Assembly (NCBI GenBank): GCA_963789005.1
Contig: CAWBIZ010000008.1
Location: 15,643 to 79,642 of the forward strand
Direction of reading: 5' to 3'
DNA length: 64,000 bases
From: an uncultured Solirubrobacteraceae bacterium
GTDB lineage: Bacteria; Actinomycetota; Thermoleophilia; Solirubrobacterales; Solirubrobacteraceae
Shown: positions 29,029 to 37,950 of the stretch, in pieces
Numbering within the stretch: the first letter of the stretch is position 1
How the letters are laid out: each line of letters opens with the position of its first letter
Program-made: the position numbers and the translations under genes
Notes under the pieces: generated by a model
What the model was told of the DNA's origin: nothing
Database searches by the model: none
The model's input: the letters and a program-made list of their open reading frames with translations, nothing else

Positions 29029-29769
29029 ATGTGGGCGAAGCTCGTGCGCGACGGCGAAGAGGATCTGGTGGCGGTCGAGGAGCCGCTCGAGATCCGCGTC
29101 GACGGCGCGCCGCTCGCCGTGACCATGCGCACGCCCGGCCACGACGAGGAGCTCGCGCTGGGCTTCCTGTTCACCGAGGGCCTGATCGACACGCCGCGCC
29201 ACGCCGGGCTGACCGAGGACCTGGCGGCGAACACGATCGAGGTCGAGGGGCCGATGACCCGCGACCCGGGCAACCGCCGCTTCTACACGAGCTCCTCCTG
29301 CGGCGTCTGCGGCAAGGGCGCGCTCGAGGAGGTCGCCGTGCACGCCGACCCCGCCACGCCCGGGCCCGAGATCGAGCGCGCGCTGCTCGCGGCCCTGCCC
29401 GACCGGCTGCGCCAGCCGGCGTTCGAGCGCACCGGCGGCCTCCACGCCACCGGGCTGTTCGCGCCCGACGGCGAGCTGCTGTGCGTCCGCGAGGACGTCG
29501 GACGCCACAACGCGATGGACAAGGTGGTCGGCCGGGCGCTGCTCGGAGGCGCGCTGCCGCTGCATGGGCGGATCCTGTGCGTCAGCGGCCGGCTGTCGTT
29601 CGAGCTGGTCCAGAAGGCCGCCGTGGCCGGGGCGCCGATCCTCGTCGGCGTGGGCGCGCCGAGCTCGCTCGCGGTCAGCCTCGCCGCCGATCGCGGCATG
29701 ACGCTCGGCGGGTTCGCCCGCCGCGGCAGCGTCAACGTGTACACCGGCGCCGAGCGCGTGCTGGGATGA
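29029..29769 (+). CDS. fdhD: Formate dehydrogenase accessory sulfurtransferase FdhD
   Basis: Motifs MRTPGHDEELALGFLFTEGLI, SSCGVCGKG and GRHNAMDK. ATG 29029 lies inside ORF 28879..29769. Confidence 0.9.
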   Translation: MWAKLVRDGEEDLVAVEEPLEIRVDGAPLAVTMRTPGHDEELALGFLFTEGLIDTPRHAGLTEDLAANTIEVEGPMTRDPGNRRFYTSSSCGVCGKGALEEVAVHADPATPGPEIERALLAALPDRLRQPAFERTGGLHATGLFAPDGELLCVREDVGRHNAMDKVVGRALLGGALPLHGRILCVSGRLSFELVQKAAVAGAPILVGVGAPSSLAVSLAADRGMTLGGFARRGSVNVYTGAERVLG

Positions 29770-30794
29770 GCGAGGCGATCGCGCTCACGTCGCTGTCGCA
29801 TGGCGCCGGCTGCGGCTGCAAGCTGTCGGCCGCCGACATCGGCCCGATCGTGCGGTCGCTGCCGGCGATCGACGATCCGCGGCTGCTGATCGGCAGCGCG
29901 ACGGCCGACGACGCCGGCGTCGTGCGCGTGCGCGACGACCTGGCGCTCGTGCAGACGGTGGACTTCTTCACGCCGATCGTGGACGACCCGTACGACTTCG
30001 GTCGCATCGCGGCGGCCAACGCGCTGTCGGACATCTACGCGATGGGCGCCGAGCCGCTGAGCGCGCTGAATCTGGTCGCGTTCCCGCTCGAGCGGCTCGG
30101 CCCCGGCGTGCTCGCCGAGATCCTGCGCGGCGGCGGCGACGTGGTGCGCGAGGCCGGCGCGCTGCTCGTGGGCGGCCACTCGATCGACGATCCGGAGCCG
30201 AAGTACGGCCTCGCGGTCACCGGCACGGTCGACCCCGCGCGCGTGATCGGCAACGCCGGCGGGCGGGCCGGCGATGCGCTGGTGCTGACGAAGCCGCTCG
30301 GCGTCGGCGCGATCTCGACCGCGCTCAAGCGCGGGCACGGCGACGGGCTGCTCGCGCCCGCCGTCGCCGTGATGACCGCGCTGAACGCCGCGGCGGCGCA
30401 CGCCGCGCGGCAGGCGGGCGCACACGCCATGACCGACGTGACCGGCTTCGGGCTGCTCGGGCACCTGCACGAGCTCACCGCGGCGAGCGCGCTCGCGGCC
30501 GAGGTCGACGCCGACGCCGTGCCGGCGATCGAGGGGGTGGAGGCGCTGCTGCGCGGCGACGACGCGGTCTCGGGCGGCAGCCGGCGCAATCGCGAGCACG
30601 CCGAGACGTTCACGCGCTTCGCCGCAGGCGTGGAGGAATGGCGCCGCCGCCTGGTGTGCGACGCCACCACCTCGGGCGGCCTGCTGGTCGCGGTCGCGGC
30701 CGAGCGCGCCGCGGACGTCCCGGGCGCCGTCGTCGGGCGCCTGGTCGACGGTCGTCCCGGCAGCATCAGCGTGAGCCGTGGATCATCTGCTTGA
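29766..30794 (+). CDS. selD: Selenide, water dikinase (Cys form)
   Basis: LSHGAGCGCKLS N-terminal motif with Cys at the Sec/Cys position, plus DDAGV and GGHSIDD. The start overlaps the fdhD stop as ATGA. Confidence 0.92.
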   Translation: MSEAIALTSLSHGAGCGCKLSAADIGPIVRSLPAIDDPRLLIGSATADDAGVVRVRDDLALVQTVDFFTPIVDDPYDFGRIAAANALSDIYAMGAEPLSALNLVAFPLERLGPGVLAEILRGGGDVVREAGALLVGGHSIDDPEPKYGLAVTGTVDPARVIGNAGGRAGDALVLTKPLGVGAISTALKRGHGDGLLAPAVAVMTALNAAAAHAARQAGAHAMTDVTGFGLLGHLHELTAASALAAEVDADAVPAIEGVEALLRGDDAVSGGSRRNREHAETFTRFAAGVEEWRRRLVCDATTSGGLLVAVAAERAADVPGAVVGRLVDGRPGSISVSRGSSA

Positions 30795-30799
30795 CGCGT

Positions 30800-30892
30800 G
30801 GAGCGGCCCGGGCCCGGTGGTCCAACCGGCCTTCAAAGCCGGGGAGCCGCGGCAACCCCGCGGTGGGAAGGTTCGACTCCTTCGCCGCTCCG
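30800..30892 (+). tRNA. selC: tRNA-Sec (anticodon UCA)
   Basis: Hand fold: 8-bp acceptor GGAGCGGC/GCCGCTCC, 5-bp D stem with 4-nt loop, anticodon loop CTTCAAA, 6-7-bp long variable arm CCGCGG-CAACC-CCGCGG, T arm GAAGG-TTCGACT-CCTTC, discriminator G. CCA is not encoded. Confidence 0.9.
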
Positions 30893-30914
30893 TCCCCCGG
30901 ACACCGTCCCGACC

Positions 30915-32375
30915 GTGAGCGGCGCCATCCCGCTCACGGTCGGGACGGCCGGTCACATCGACCACGGCAAGACCGCGCTCGTCCGCGCGCTCACCGGGAG
31001 AGACACCGATCGGCTGCCGGAGGAGCAGGCCCGCGGCATGTCGATCGACCTCGGCTTCGCCCAGCTCGACGTCGGCGGCCGGCTGCTCTCGCTCGTCGAC
31101 GTCCCCGGCCACGAGCGCTTCGTGCGCACCATGGTCGCCGGCGCGACCGGCGTCGACCTGTTCCTGCTCGTCGTCGCCGCCGACGACGGCGTGATGCCGC
31201 AGACGGTCGAGCACGCGGCGGTGCTGCGCGCGCTCGGGGTGCGCGCGGGGGTCGTGGCGGTGACGAAGACCGACCTCGCAGACTCCGCGCGCGCTCGTGA
31301 TGAAGCCCGCGCACTGGTCGGCGAGGGCGTCCCGATCGTGGACTGCTCCGCCCGCGCCGGCACCGGCGTCGAGCAGGTCCGCGCCGCGATCGCCCACGTC
31401 GCGGCGGCACAGGTTCCGGGCGAGCGGTCGCACGACGGCGCGGCCGTGCTCCACGTCGACCGCTCGTTCACCATCCGCGGCGCAGGAACCGTGGTCACCG
31501 GGACGCTGTGGTCAGGCTCACTCGGCGCCGGCGACCGCGTCACCCTTCTGCCTTCCGGCCGGCGCGCCCGGGTGAGGAGCGCGCAGGTGCACGACGCCGC
31601 CGTCGAGCGGGCGATCGCCGGACAGCGCGTCGCCGTGAACCTCGCCGGAGTCCGTGTCGACGCAATCGGCCGCGGGCACGTGGTGACCGGCGAGGACGCC
31701 GGGTTGCGGCCGTCGTGGATCCTCGACGTCGCGCTCGAGCTCGGCGACGCTGAGATCCCACGCCGCGCACAGATCCACCACGGCACGCGCGAGACGCCGG
31801 CACGGATCGCCGAGCGCGAGCCCGGGCGCTGGCAACTGCGCTGCGAGCGACCGCTGATCGCGCGCGCCGGAGACCGCTTCGTCGTCCGCTCGATCGCCCC
31901 GCCCGGCACGCTCGGCGGCGGCATCGTCCTCGATCCGGCCGCACGGCGCACGCGCCGGCCGGAGCAGTCCGAGGAACCCCGGCCGGCCACGCCGCCACCG
32001 CCGCCGCAGCCGCAGGCGCTGTCGGAGACCGCGCTCGAGCTCGAGCAAACGCTGCGCGCCGCCGGCGACCGCCCACCGCGCGACAGCGAGCTGAACGAGG
32101 GCGCCGAGGCGGCGCTGGCAGAGCTGCGAACCGCCGGCCGCGTCGTGCGGCTCGACCGGACGATGCACATCCACCGCGAGGCACTCGACACGCTCCGCGA
32201 TCGCGTCACGGCGATCATCACCGCCGAGGACTCGATCACGCTCGCGCGGCTGCGCGACGAGCTCAGCACCTCGCGCCGCTACGCACAGGCGCTGCTCGAG
32301 GCGCTCGACGCCGAGCGGGTCACGCTAAGGCTGCCCGACGACCGCCGCATCCTGCGGCGCAGGCGTGCCTCCTGA
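30915..32375 (+). CDS. selB: Selenocysteine-specific translation elongation factor
   Basis: GTAGHIDHGKTALVRALTG (G1), DVPGHERF (G3), TKTD (G4). The GTG at 30915 is the first start after the tRNA-Sec. Confidence 0.9.
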   Translation: MSGAIPLTVGTAGHIDHGKTALVRALTGRDTDRLPEEQARGMSIDLGFAQLDVGGRLLSLVDVPGHERFVRTMVAGATGVDLFLLVVAADDGVMPQTVEHAAVLRALGVRAGVVAVTKTDLADSARARDEARALVGEGVPIVDCSARAGTGVEQVRAAIAHVAAAQVPGERSHDGAAVLHVDRSFTIRGAGTVVTGTLWSGSLGAGDRVTLLPSGRRARVRSAQVHDAAVERAIAGQRVAVNLAGVRVDAIGRGHVVTGEDAGLRPSWILDVALELGDAEIPRRAQIHHGTRETPARIAEREPGRWQLRCERPLIARAGDRFVVRSIAPPGTLGGGIVLDPAARRTRRPEQSEEPRPATPPPPPQPQALSETALELEQTLRAAGDRPPRDSELNEGAEAALAELRTAGRVVRLDRTMHIHREALDTLRDRVTAIITAEDSITLARLRDELSTSRRYAQALLEALDAERVTLRLPDDRRILRRRRAS

Positions 32376-32414
32376 CAGGAATGGCGCGCCGCCGGCGGTA
32401 GACTGCGCGGCTGC

Positions 32415-32487
32415 GCCGACGTAGCTCAGCTGGTAGAGCACTTCACTCGTAATGAAGGGGTCGCCGGTTCGAGTCCGGCCGTCGGCT
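32415..32487 (+). tRNA. tRNA-Thr (anticodon CGU)
   Basis: Acceptor GCCGACG/CGTCGGC, D-loop AGCTCAGCTGGTAGAGC, anticodon loop CTCGTAA, T-loop GGTTCGAGTCC. Confidence 0.92.
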
Positions 32488-32560
32488 CTGCGGGAAGGGC
32501 CTTCGAACGGCTACGGTTCCACATCGACCACCATGACGGTGGTCTAATCCCGCGAGCACG

Positions 32561-33454
32561 ATGAGCACGGGCTTTCCCGAGTCAGACGCGGCCGCCGCGT
32601 TCGCGCGCGAGCGACGGCGGCAGTCGCTCGCGAAGCTCGCGTCCCGCGCGCGGCGCCGCGACGACGTGGCGGTCATGCTGCCGTTCGAGGATGTGGTGGC
32701 AGCGCTCGGCAGGAGCGGCGAGCGGCATCTCGGGCTGCAGTCGATCGCTGTCGAGTCGGTCATCGGCACCGTCGACCGGCGGGAGGCGGAGTTCGACCGC
32801 CGCTTCCGCCCGGCGTCGAGCCGGCCGCGGCGCCGGTGGGAGAGCATCGCGGTGGCACGCAGGCGCGGGCGCTCGATGCCGCCGATCGACGTCTACCGGA
32901 TCGGAACGCTGCACTTCGTCATCGATGGTCATCACCGCGTCTCGGTCGCGCGCGCTCACGGCGACACTCACATCGACGCCAACGTGCGTGAGGTGCAGAC
33001 CAGCGTCCCGCTGACGGACGAGTTGATGCTGCGCGACCTGCTCCTTACGCGCCACGAGCGCGAGTTCGACGAGCGAGTGCCGCTCGCTGCAGCAGCACGG
33101 GCGCGGATCCAGCTCTCGGAGGCGTGGCGGTACGAGCAGCTTTCGAAGCATTTCGAGTCCTGGGCGTTCCGAGCGAGCCAGGCTGAGGGGCGGCTCTTGC
33201 CGCGTGCCGCGGCCGCCGAGGCGTGGTTCCACGAGGAGTACGTGCCGGTCGCGGATGCCCTCGACGAGCTTGGCATCGGCGGTCAGGGGACGGAGACCAC
33301 ACGCTTCCTGCGCGTCGCGTTGCTGCGCGATCTCCTGCTACGTACGGGCGGCTGGAGCGACGACGTCCTCGAGCGGCTGCTCGATGCGATCGGCAGTTCC
33401 GCGCGCGGCGAGACGGACGAGATCGTGCAGCGGATCCTCAAGGAGATGCGCTGA
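32561..33454 (+). CDS. ParB/Srx-fold (ParB-like nuclease domain) protein, hypothetical
   Basis: IDVYRIGTLHFVIDGHHRVSVARAHG matches the ParB N-terminal/sulfiredoxin-fold DGHHR motif. 297 aa, high GC3. Confidence 0.65.
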   Translation: MSTGFPESDAAAAFARERRRQSLAKLASRARRRDDVAVMLPFEDVVAALGRSGERHLGLQSIAVESVIGTVDRREAEFDRRFRPASSRPRRRWESIAVARRRGRSMPPIDVYRIGTLHFVIDGHHRVSVARAHGDTHIDANVREVQTSVPLTDELMLRDLLLTRHEREFDERVPLAAAARARIQLSEAWRYEQLSKHFESWAFRASQAEGRLLPRAAAAEAWFHEEYVPVADALDELGIGGQGTETTRFLRVALLRDLLLRTGGWSDDVLERLLDAIGSSARGETDEIVQRILKEMR

Positions 33455-33693
33455 CGCCCGGTCCCCTGGCTGGTGCCGTCGTCAGCGCCATCGCACCCGA
33501 TCTGCACCAGCCCGACGGTGCGGTCGAACACGACCTCCATTTTCTGACCCTCCCGTCGTCCCTTTCACCGGTGGTCAATCGCACCGTTTTCAGGGTGGTC
33601 GCGAGCTGACCTCGTCCGTTGCCACATCGGGAGCTGGGTGCTTCGCTTCAGTGTGGAAGGTCTCTGATCGCTTCCTCGATGGGAGGTTGTGGC

Positions 33694-34374
33694 ATGCGCA
33701 GGTGTGCTCTCGTCGCGCTCGGCCTCGTCTTGGCCGGATCGTCACTGTTCACCGCGACGGCCTCGGCAGGAGGCTCACGCGACCACAATCCTGTCGTCAG
33801 CCAGGTCATCCGCGACTGCGCACGCGACGGCGATCTGGACCGGACCTACCCGCTCCGCGCGCTGCGCCGGGCGCTCGACCAGCTCCCGCGGCACGTCCGT
33901 CGCCACACGCGCTGCGAACGCAAGCTCGAGCACGCGATCGATCGCGCCAAGCGCCGCCTCGACCACGAGGTCGGCAAGATCTGGCGGGACTGCAGCCGCG
34001 ACGACGACCTCGACCGTCACTACAGCCTGCGCGCCCTCCGACGGGCACTGCGGCGACTTCCGACCGACCTGCGTGACTACACCGACTGCGAAGGCGCGAT
34101 TCGGCGCGCGATCCGGCGAGCCCAGCGGCCCCTCGACCGCGAGGTGGGCAAGATCTGGCGGGACTGCAGCCGCGACGACGACCTCGACCGTCACTACAGC
34201 CTGCGCGCCCTCCGACGGGCACTGCGGCGACTTCCGACCGACCTCCGCGACTACACCGACTGCGAGAAGGCCATCAAGCGCGCGATCCGCCGAGCGGAGA
34301 AGGATCGCGATCACCACCACGGACACGGAAAGGACCACGACCGCCACCACGGGCACGGAAAGCCCCGGGGTTAG
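33694..34374 (+). CDS. Secreted Cys-containing 3x58-aa repeat protein with His-rich tail (hypothetical)
   Basis: GGGAGG lies 8 nt upstream of ATG 33694. Signal peptide MRRCALVALGLVLAGSSLFTATASA, three repeats, and the tail DRDHHHGHGKDHDRHHGHGK. Confidence 0.7.
   Translation: MRRCALVALGLVLAGSSLFTATASAGGSRDHNPVVSQVIRDCARDGDLDRTYPLRALRRALDQLPRHVRRHTRCERKLEHAIDRAKRRLDHEVGKIWRDCSRDDDLDRHYSLRALRRALRRLPTDLRDYTDCEGAIRRAIRRAQRPLDREVGKIWRDCSRDDDLDRHYSLRALRRALRRLPTDLRDYTDCEKAIKRAIRRAEKDRDHHHGHGKDHDRHHGHGKPRG
33793..34314 (+). repeat. Intragenic tandem repeat, 3 x 174 bp
   Basis: Units start at 33793, 33967 and 34141. Units 2 and 3 are near-identical at DNA level over about 140 bp (EVGKIWRDCSRDDDLDRHYSLRALRRALRRLPTDLRDYTDCE). 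Unit 1 is diverged. Confidence 0.85.
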
Positions 34375-34379
34375 GGGCG

Positions 34380-35168
34380 TTATGTCGTCTTGATCAGGCC
34401 GCCGTCGATGACGTAGTTGGCGCCGGTGACGTTCGCGGTGCGCTCGGACGCCAGGAGCACGACGAGCGTGGCGACCTCCTCCGGCGTGGTGAACCGGCCG
34501 GTCGCGAAGCCGCCGATGCCCGCGATCACTGATTCGCGCGCGGTGTCGTCGTCGACGCCTCCGGCCGCGGCGACGGTCGCCGCGACCCCGTGGTCGCCGA
34601 GCCAGAGCTCGGTGCTGACCGGGCCCGGGGAGACGCAGTTGACGTGGAGGCCCTTGGCGCCGAACTCCTGAGCGAGCGACTTGCTGAGGTTCACCAGCGC
34701 TGCCTTGGCCGCCCCGTAGTCGATCGTGCCGGCGTCGGGCTGGAAGAAGGCGTTGACCGACGCGACGTTGACGATCGCTCCGCCGCCCTGCTCGAGCATG
34801 CCCGGGACCGTGGCGCGGATGGCGCGCAGCGCCGTGAAGAAGTTCATCTGCATCGCCCACTCGAACTCGTCGTCCGAGGTCGCGAGGAAGCCGTCGAGGC
34901 GCATGCGCACAGCGCCGACGTTGTTGACGAGGACGTCGACGCGGCCGTGCTCGTCGAGCGCGCGTCGCACCAGCAGCTCGGGGCCGTCGGGCGAGGCGAG
35001 GTCGACGGGCACGGCAGTCACGCCGTCGAGGTCGTCGAGCGCCTCGGTGGTCCGCGCTCCCGCCACCACCCTCGCGCCCTCGTCGACGAGCGCGCGGGTG
35101 ACGGCGAGCCCGATGCCCTTGCTCGCGCCGGTCACGACCGCCACCTTGCCGTTGAGCCCCAGGTCCAT
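34380..35168 (-). CDS. Short-chain dehydrogenase/reductase (SDR)
   Basis: Motifs VVTGASKGIGLAV, NNVG and YGAAKAAL. Confidence 0.88.
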   Translation of the reverse strand: MDLGLNGKVAVVTGASKGIGLAVTRALVDEGARVVAGARTTEALDDLDGVTAVPVDLASPDGPELLVRRALDEHGRVDVLVNNVGAVRMRLDGFLATSDDEFEWAMQMNFFTALRAIRATVPGMLEQGGGAIVNVASVNAFFQPDAGTIDYGAAKAALVNLSKSLAQEFGAKGLHVNCVSPGPVSTELWLGDHGVAATVAAAGGVDDDTARESVIAGIGGFATGRFTTPEEVATLVVLLASERTANVTGANYVIDGGLIKTT

Positions 35169-35962
35169 CAGGCGCTCACGGTGTCGAGCACGCCGTCGAG
35201 CCAGCTGTCGATCGCGGCGGCGACCTCCTCGGACCCGTCGCCGGCGATGAAGAGGTGCGACCGGCCCTCGAACTCGAGGTAGTCCGTCCTCGCCGAGGAA
35301 CGCCCGTACTTCTTGTGCTGCGCACGCGCGACCGAGGCCGGCACGGTGTGGTCCTTCTCGGCTCCGACGATCAGCAGCGGCGCGCGGTCATCGTTGTCGA
35401 AGTGCACCTCGGACGGCGGGTGCAGCGAGAAGTTGGCGAGGCCCGCCTCGTAGAAGATCCGGCCGGTCTCCGGGACGGCGTAGCGCTCGTACGCGGCGGC
35501 GGCGTCCTCAGGGGCGTAGGTGTTCACGAACGCGTAGCCGAACTCCTCCGGCGTCAGCGTCACGATGCCGTGCCGCTTCGACGGGTGCGCGAGCGCGGGC
35601 GACGCGGCCTTGAGCGAGGAGAACGGCAGCACGAGGATGCCCTTCGGCGGCGCCGGGCTGAGCGCCACGCCCGCGCGCCCGAGACCGCGATCCAGCAGCA
35701 GCTCGACCAGCAGGCCACCGAACGAATGGCCGACCAGCACCGGGGGCCGGTCGAGCTCGCGGACGAGCCGCTCGTAGTGATCGGCGATCTCGGCGAGCCC
35801 GAGCCCGGCGAGCTCCTCGGCGTCGCCCTCCTTGCGCGGCCACTCGGGCGCGGAGACCGCGAAGCCGCGCTTGGAGAAGTAGTCGGCAAAGCTCTCCCAG
35901 CTGCGCGAGGACAGCCACGCGCCATGGATGAGCATCAGCGGGATTCGGTCGCCGTCGGCCAT
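35168..35962 (-). CDS. Alpha/beta hydrolase
   Basis: LMLIHGAW and the nucleophile elbow LVGHSFGG. Its stop overlaps the SDR start by 1 nt. Confidence 0.8.
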   Translation of the reverse strand: MADGDRIPLMLIHGAWLSSRSWESFADYFSKRGFAVSAPEWPRKEGDAEELAGLGLAEIADHYERLVRELDRPPVLVGHSFGGLLVELLLDRGLGRAGVALSPAPPKGILVLPFSSLKAASPALAHPSKRHGIVTLTPEEFGYAFVNTYAPEDAAAAYERYAVPETGRIFYEAGLANFSLHPPSEVHFDNDDRAPLLIVGAEKDHTVPASVARAQHKKYGRSSARTDYLEFEGRSHLFIAGDGSEEVAAAIDSWLDGVLDTVSA

Positions 35963-36054
35963 CGAAGCCTCCTTCCGTAGGTGGCGCCGACGCTACGTCG
36001 CAGCGGCCGGAAAGTGAAAGTCCGATCCGGCCAGGGACTCAGACCCGCTCGGAC

Positions 36055-37005
36055 TCAATCCCCCGGAAGCGTCGTCTGCGCTGCCCGATGCGTGAGCCAG
36101 CCCTCGCCGTCGCGGAGGCGCAAGGTCGCCCGCACGAGGCGCTCCACGTGGTGATCGGCGGGCTGCCGCGTCGCCAGGTCGATCGGGAAGCTCAGCGGCG
36201 GATCGAACGGCACCGCCACGACCCCGGCGATCGTGTCCCGTCTCCACTCCGCGACCATCACCGAGACCGCCTCGCCCTCCGCGACCGGCAGCATCCGGTG
36301 ATCCCATGAGGCGCTCAAGGTCTCGAGCGTCCGCTCCAGCTCGTAACCGGCCCCGCGAACAACGGCGCGCAGCCAGTGGTTGAACGCCCGCCCGGACGGC
36401 TCGCGCGGCAACAGGACGAGCTCTTCCGCGAAGGCGCCGATCGGGATCGCCTCCGCGTCGGCATAGCGGTGCGCCGTCGGGAGCGCGGCGAGAAGCGGCT
36501 CGTCGCGCACGGCGTCGATGCGCACGCCGTACCGGCGTGCCGCCGCCGGCGTTTCGAGCATCAGGGCGCCGACGAGCTCATGGCTAGCCACCCGGCCGGC
36601 GAGCTCGGGTGCGACGCCCTCGACCAACCGGATGTCGACGTCCGGTCCCCCGTCGGCCACCTGCTCGGCCACCCGCCCCGCGAGCGAACGGCTGAACGGC
36701 CCGTGCCCGATGGCGATCACCTCTCGTCCCGACCGCGCCGCGCGGCGCGCCTCGTCGAGCGCGACGTCGATCTCGGTGAGCGCCACCCGCGCGCGTGCCA
36801 GGAGCGCCGACCCGGCCGGCGTGAGCTCGACGTGCCGCGTGGTCCGGATGAACAAGACGGCCCCGACGTCGCGCTCCAGCTCCCGGATCGCGCGCGACAG
36901 CGGCGACTGCGACATGTGCAGGCGCTCCGCCGCGCGCCCGAAGTGAAGCTCCTCGGCGACCGCCACGAAGTACCGCAGCTGCCTCAGCTCGACCGGAGGA
37001 TCCAT
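36055..37005 (-). CDS. LysR-family transcriptional regulator
   Basis: N-terminal HTH LRQLRYFVAVAEELHFGRAAERLHMSQSPLSRAIRELE. Confidence 0.9.
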   Translation of the reverse strand: MDPPVELRQLRYFVAVAEELHFGRAAERLHMSQSPLSRAIRELERDVGAVLFIRTTRHVELTPAGSALLARARVALTEIDVALDEARRAARSGREVIAIGHGPFSRSLAGRVAEQVADGGPDVDIRLVEGVAPELAGRVASHELVGALMLETPAAARRYGVRIDAVRDEPLLAALPTAHRYADAEAIPIGAFAEELVLLPREPSGRAFNHWLRAVVRGAGYELERTLETLSASWDHRMLPVAEGEAVSVMVAEWRRDTIAGVVAVPFDPPLSFPIDLATRQPADHHVERLVRATLRLRDGEGWLTHRAAQTTLPGD

Positions 37006-37108
37006 CGCCCGGATCCTCCCGCACCTCCGACACGCCGTGGAGGGCGGCCGCCTTCGCGGCCGTGCCCGAATCCCTCCACGGGCGTGTCGGGGAGCGGCAG
37101 ATTCCCGC

Positions 37109-37819
37109 CTACACGATCGCGCCGGCCTCGACGAGGGCCGACCGGGCGGCGTGCTTGATCAGCTCCGCCGTCGCGTGCGGCTGCGAGACGTAGATCGAGT
37201 GGCTGCCGGCCTGCTCGACGACGGTCGAGCCCATCCGCTCGGACATCGCGCGCTGCGCCGGCGGCGGGATCATGCGGTCGTCGGTCGCGACGAGGTACCA
37301 GCTCGGCTTGCTGCGCCAGGCCGGCTCCGTGACGGCGCCGTTGAGCGCCTCGACGCCCCACGGGAGCTGTGAGTCGGCCATGAACGCGGCCTCGTCCGCC
37401 GGCAGATCGGCCGCGAACGAGTGTGCGAACTTGTCCCGGTCCAGGAACAGGAACCCGTCGACGGGCGGCAGGATCGGCGGCACGGGCGCACCGGGCGGCG
37501 GGTCGGCGATCAGCGTGTTGACGGACTCGCCGCTGTCGGGCGCGAAGGCCGCGATGTACACGAGGCCGGCGACGCGCTCGTGGCGCCCGGCTTCGGTGAT
37601 GACGACCCCGCCGTAGGAGTGGCCGACGAGGATCGCCGGGCCGTCCTGCTGGTCGAGGACGTTGTGGGTGGTCTCGACGTCGCTCTCGAGCGAGAGCGTC
37701 TGGTTCTGCACGACGCTCACGTTGAAGCCGTCCGCCGTCAGCCGGTCGTAGACGCCCCGCCAGCCCGACCCGTCGACGAAGCCGCCGTGGACGAGCACGA
37801 CGTTCTGCACATCAGTCAT
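37109..37819 (-). CDS. Alpha/beta hydrolase
   Basis: MTDVQNVVLVHGGFVDGSGW and LVGHSYGG. ATG 37819 lies inside ORF 37109..38233. Confidence 0.8.
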   Translation of the reverse strand: MTDVQNVVLVHGGFVDGSGWRGVYDRLTADGFNVSVVQNQTLSLESDVETTHNVLDQQDGPAILVGHSYGGVVITEAGRHERVAGLVYIAAFAPDSGESVNTLIADPPPGAPVPPILPPVDGFLFLDRDKFAHSFAADLPADEAAFMADSQLPWGVEALNGAVTEPAWRSKPSWYLVATDDRMIPPPAQRAMSERMGSTVVEQAGSHSIYVSQPHATAELIKHAARSALVEAGAIV

Positions 37820-37950
37820 GGATGACCTCCTTGCTGGTGTTCGCCGGCCTCGGATTGAGGTCGGCGTGGTCATCCACCACTGTGGCCGCGACTCCGCACC
37901 GTCGCATGCGTCAGATGACGACACCGTTGGCGCGCACGTGCGTACGTACG

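Noticed and set aside
29766-30794. selD as a second selenoprotein.
   Set aside because: The N-terminal motif reads GAGCGCK with Cys codons, and there is no in-frame TGA.
33283-33540. 85-aa antisense ORF at the ParB-like gene's 3' end, with high GC3 in its first about 25 codons.
   Set aside because: Most of it overlaps the better-supported ParB-like gene on the opposite strand. It has no SD and no recognisable motif.
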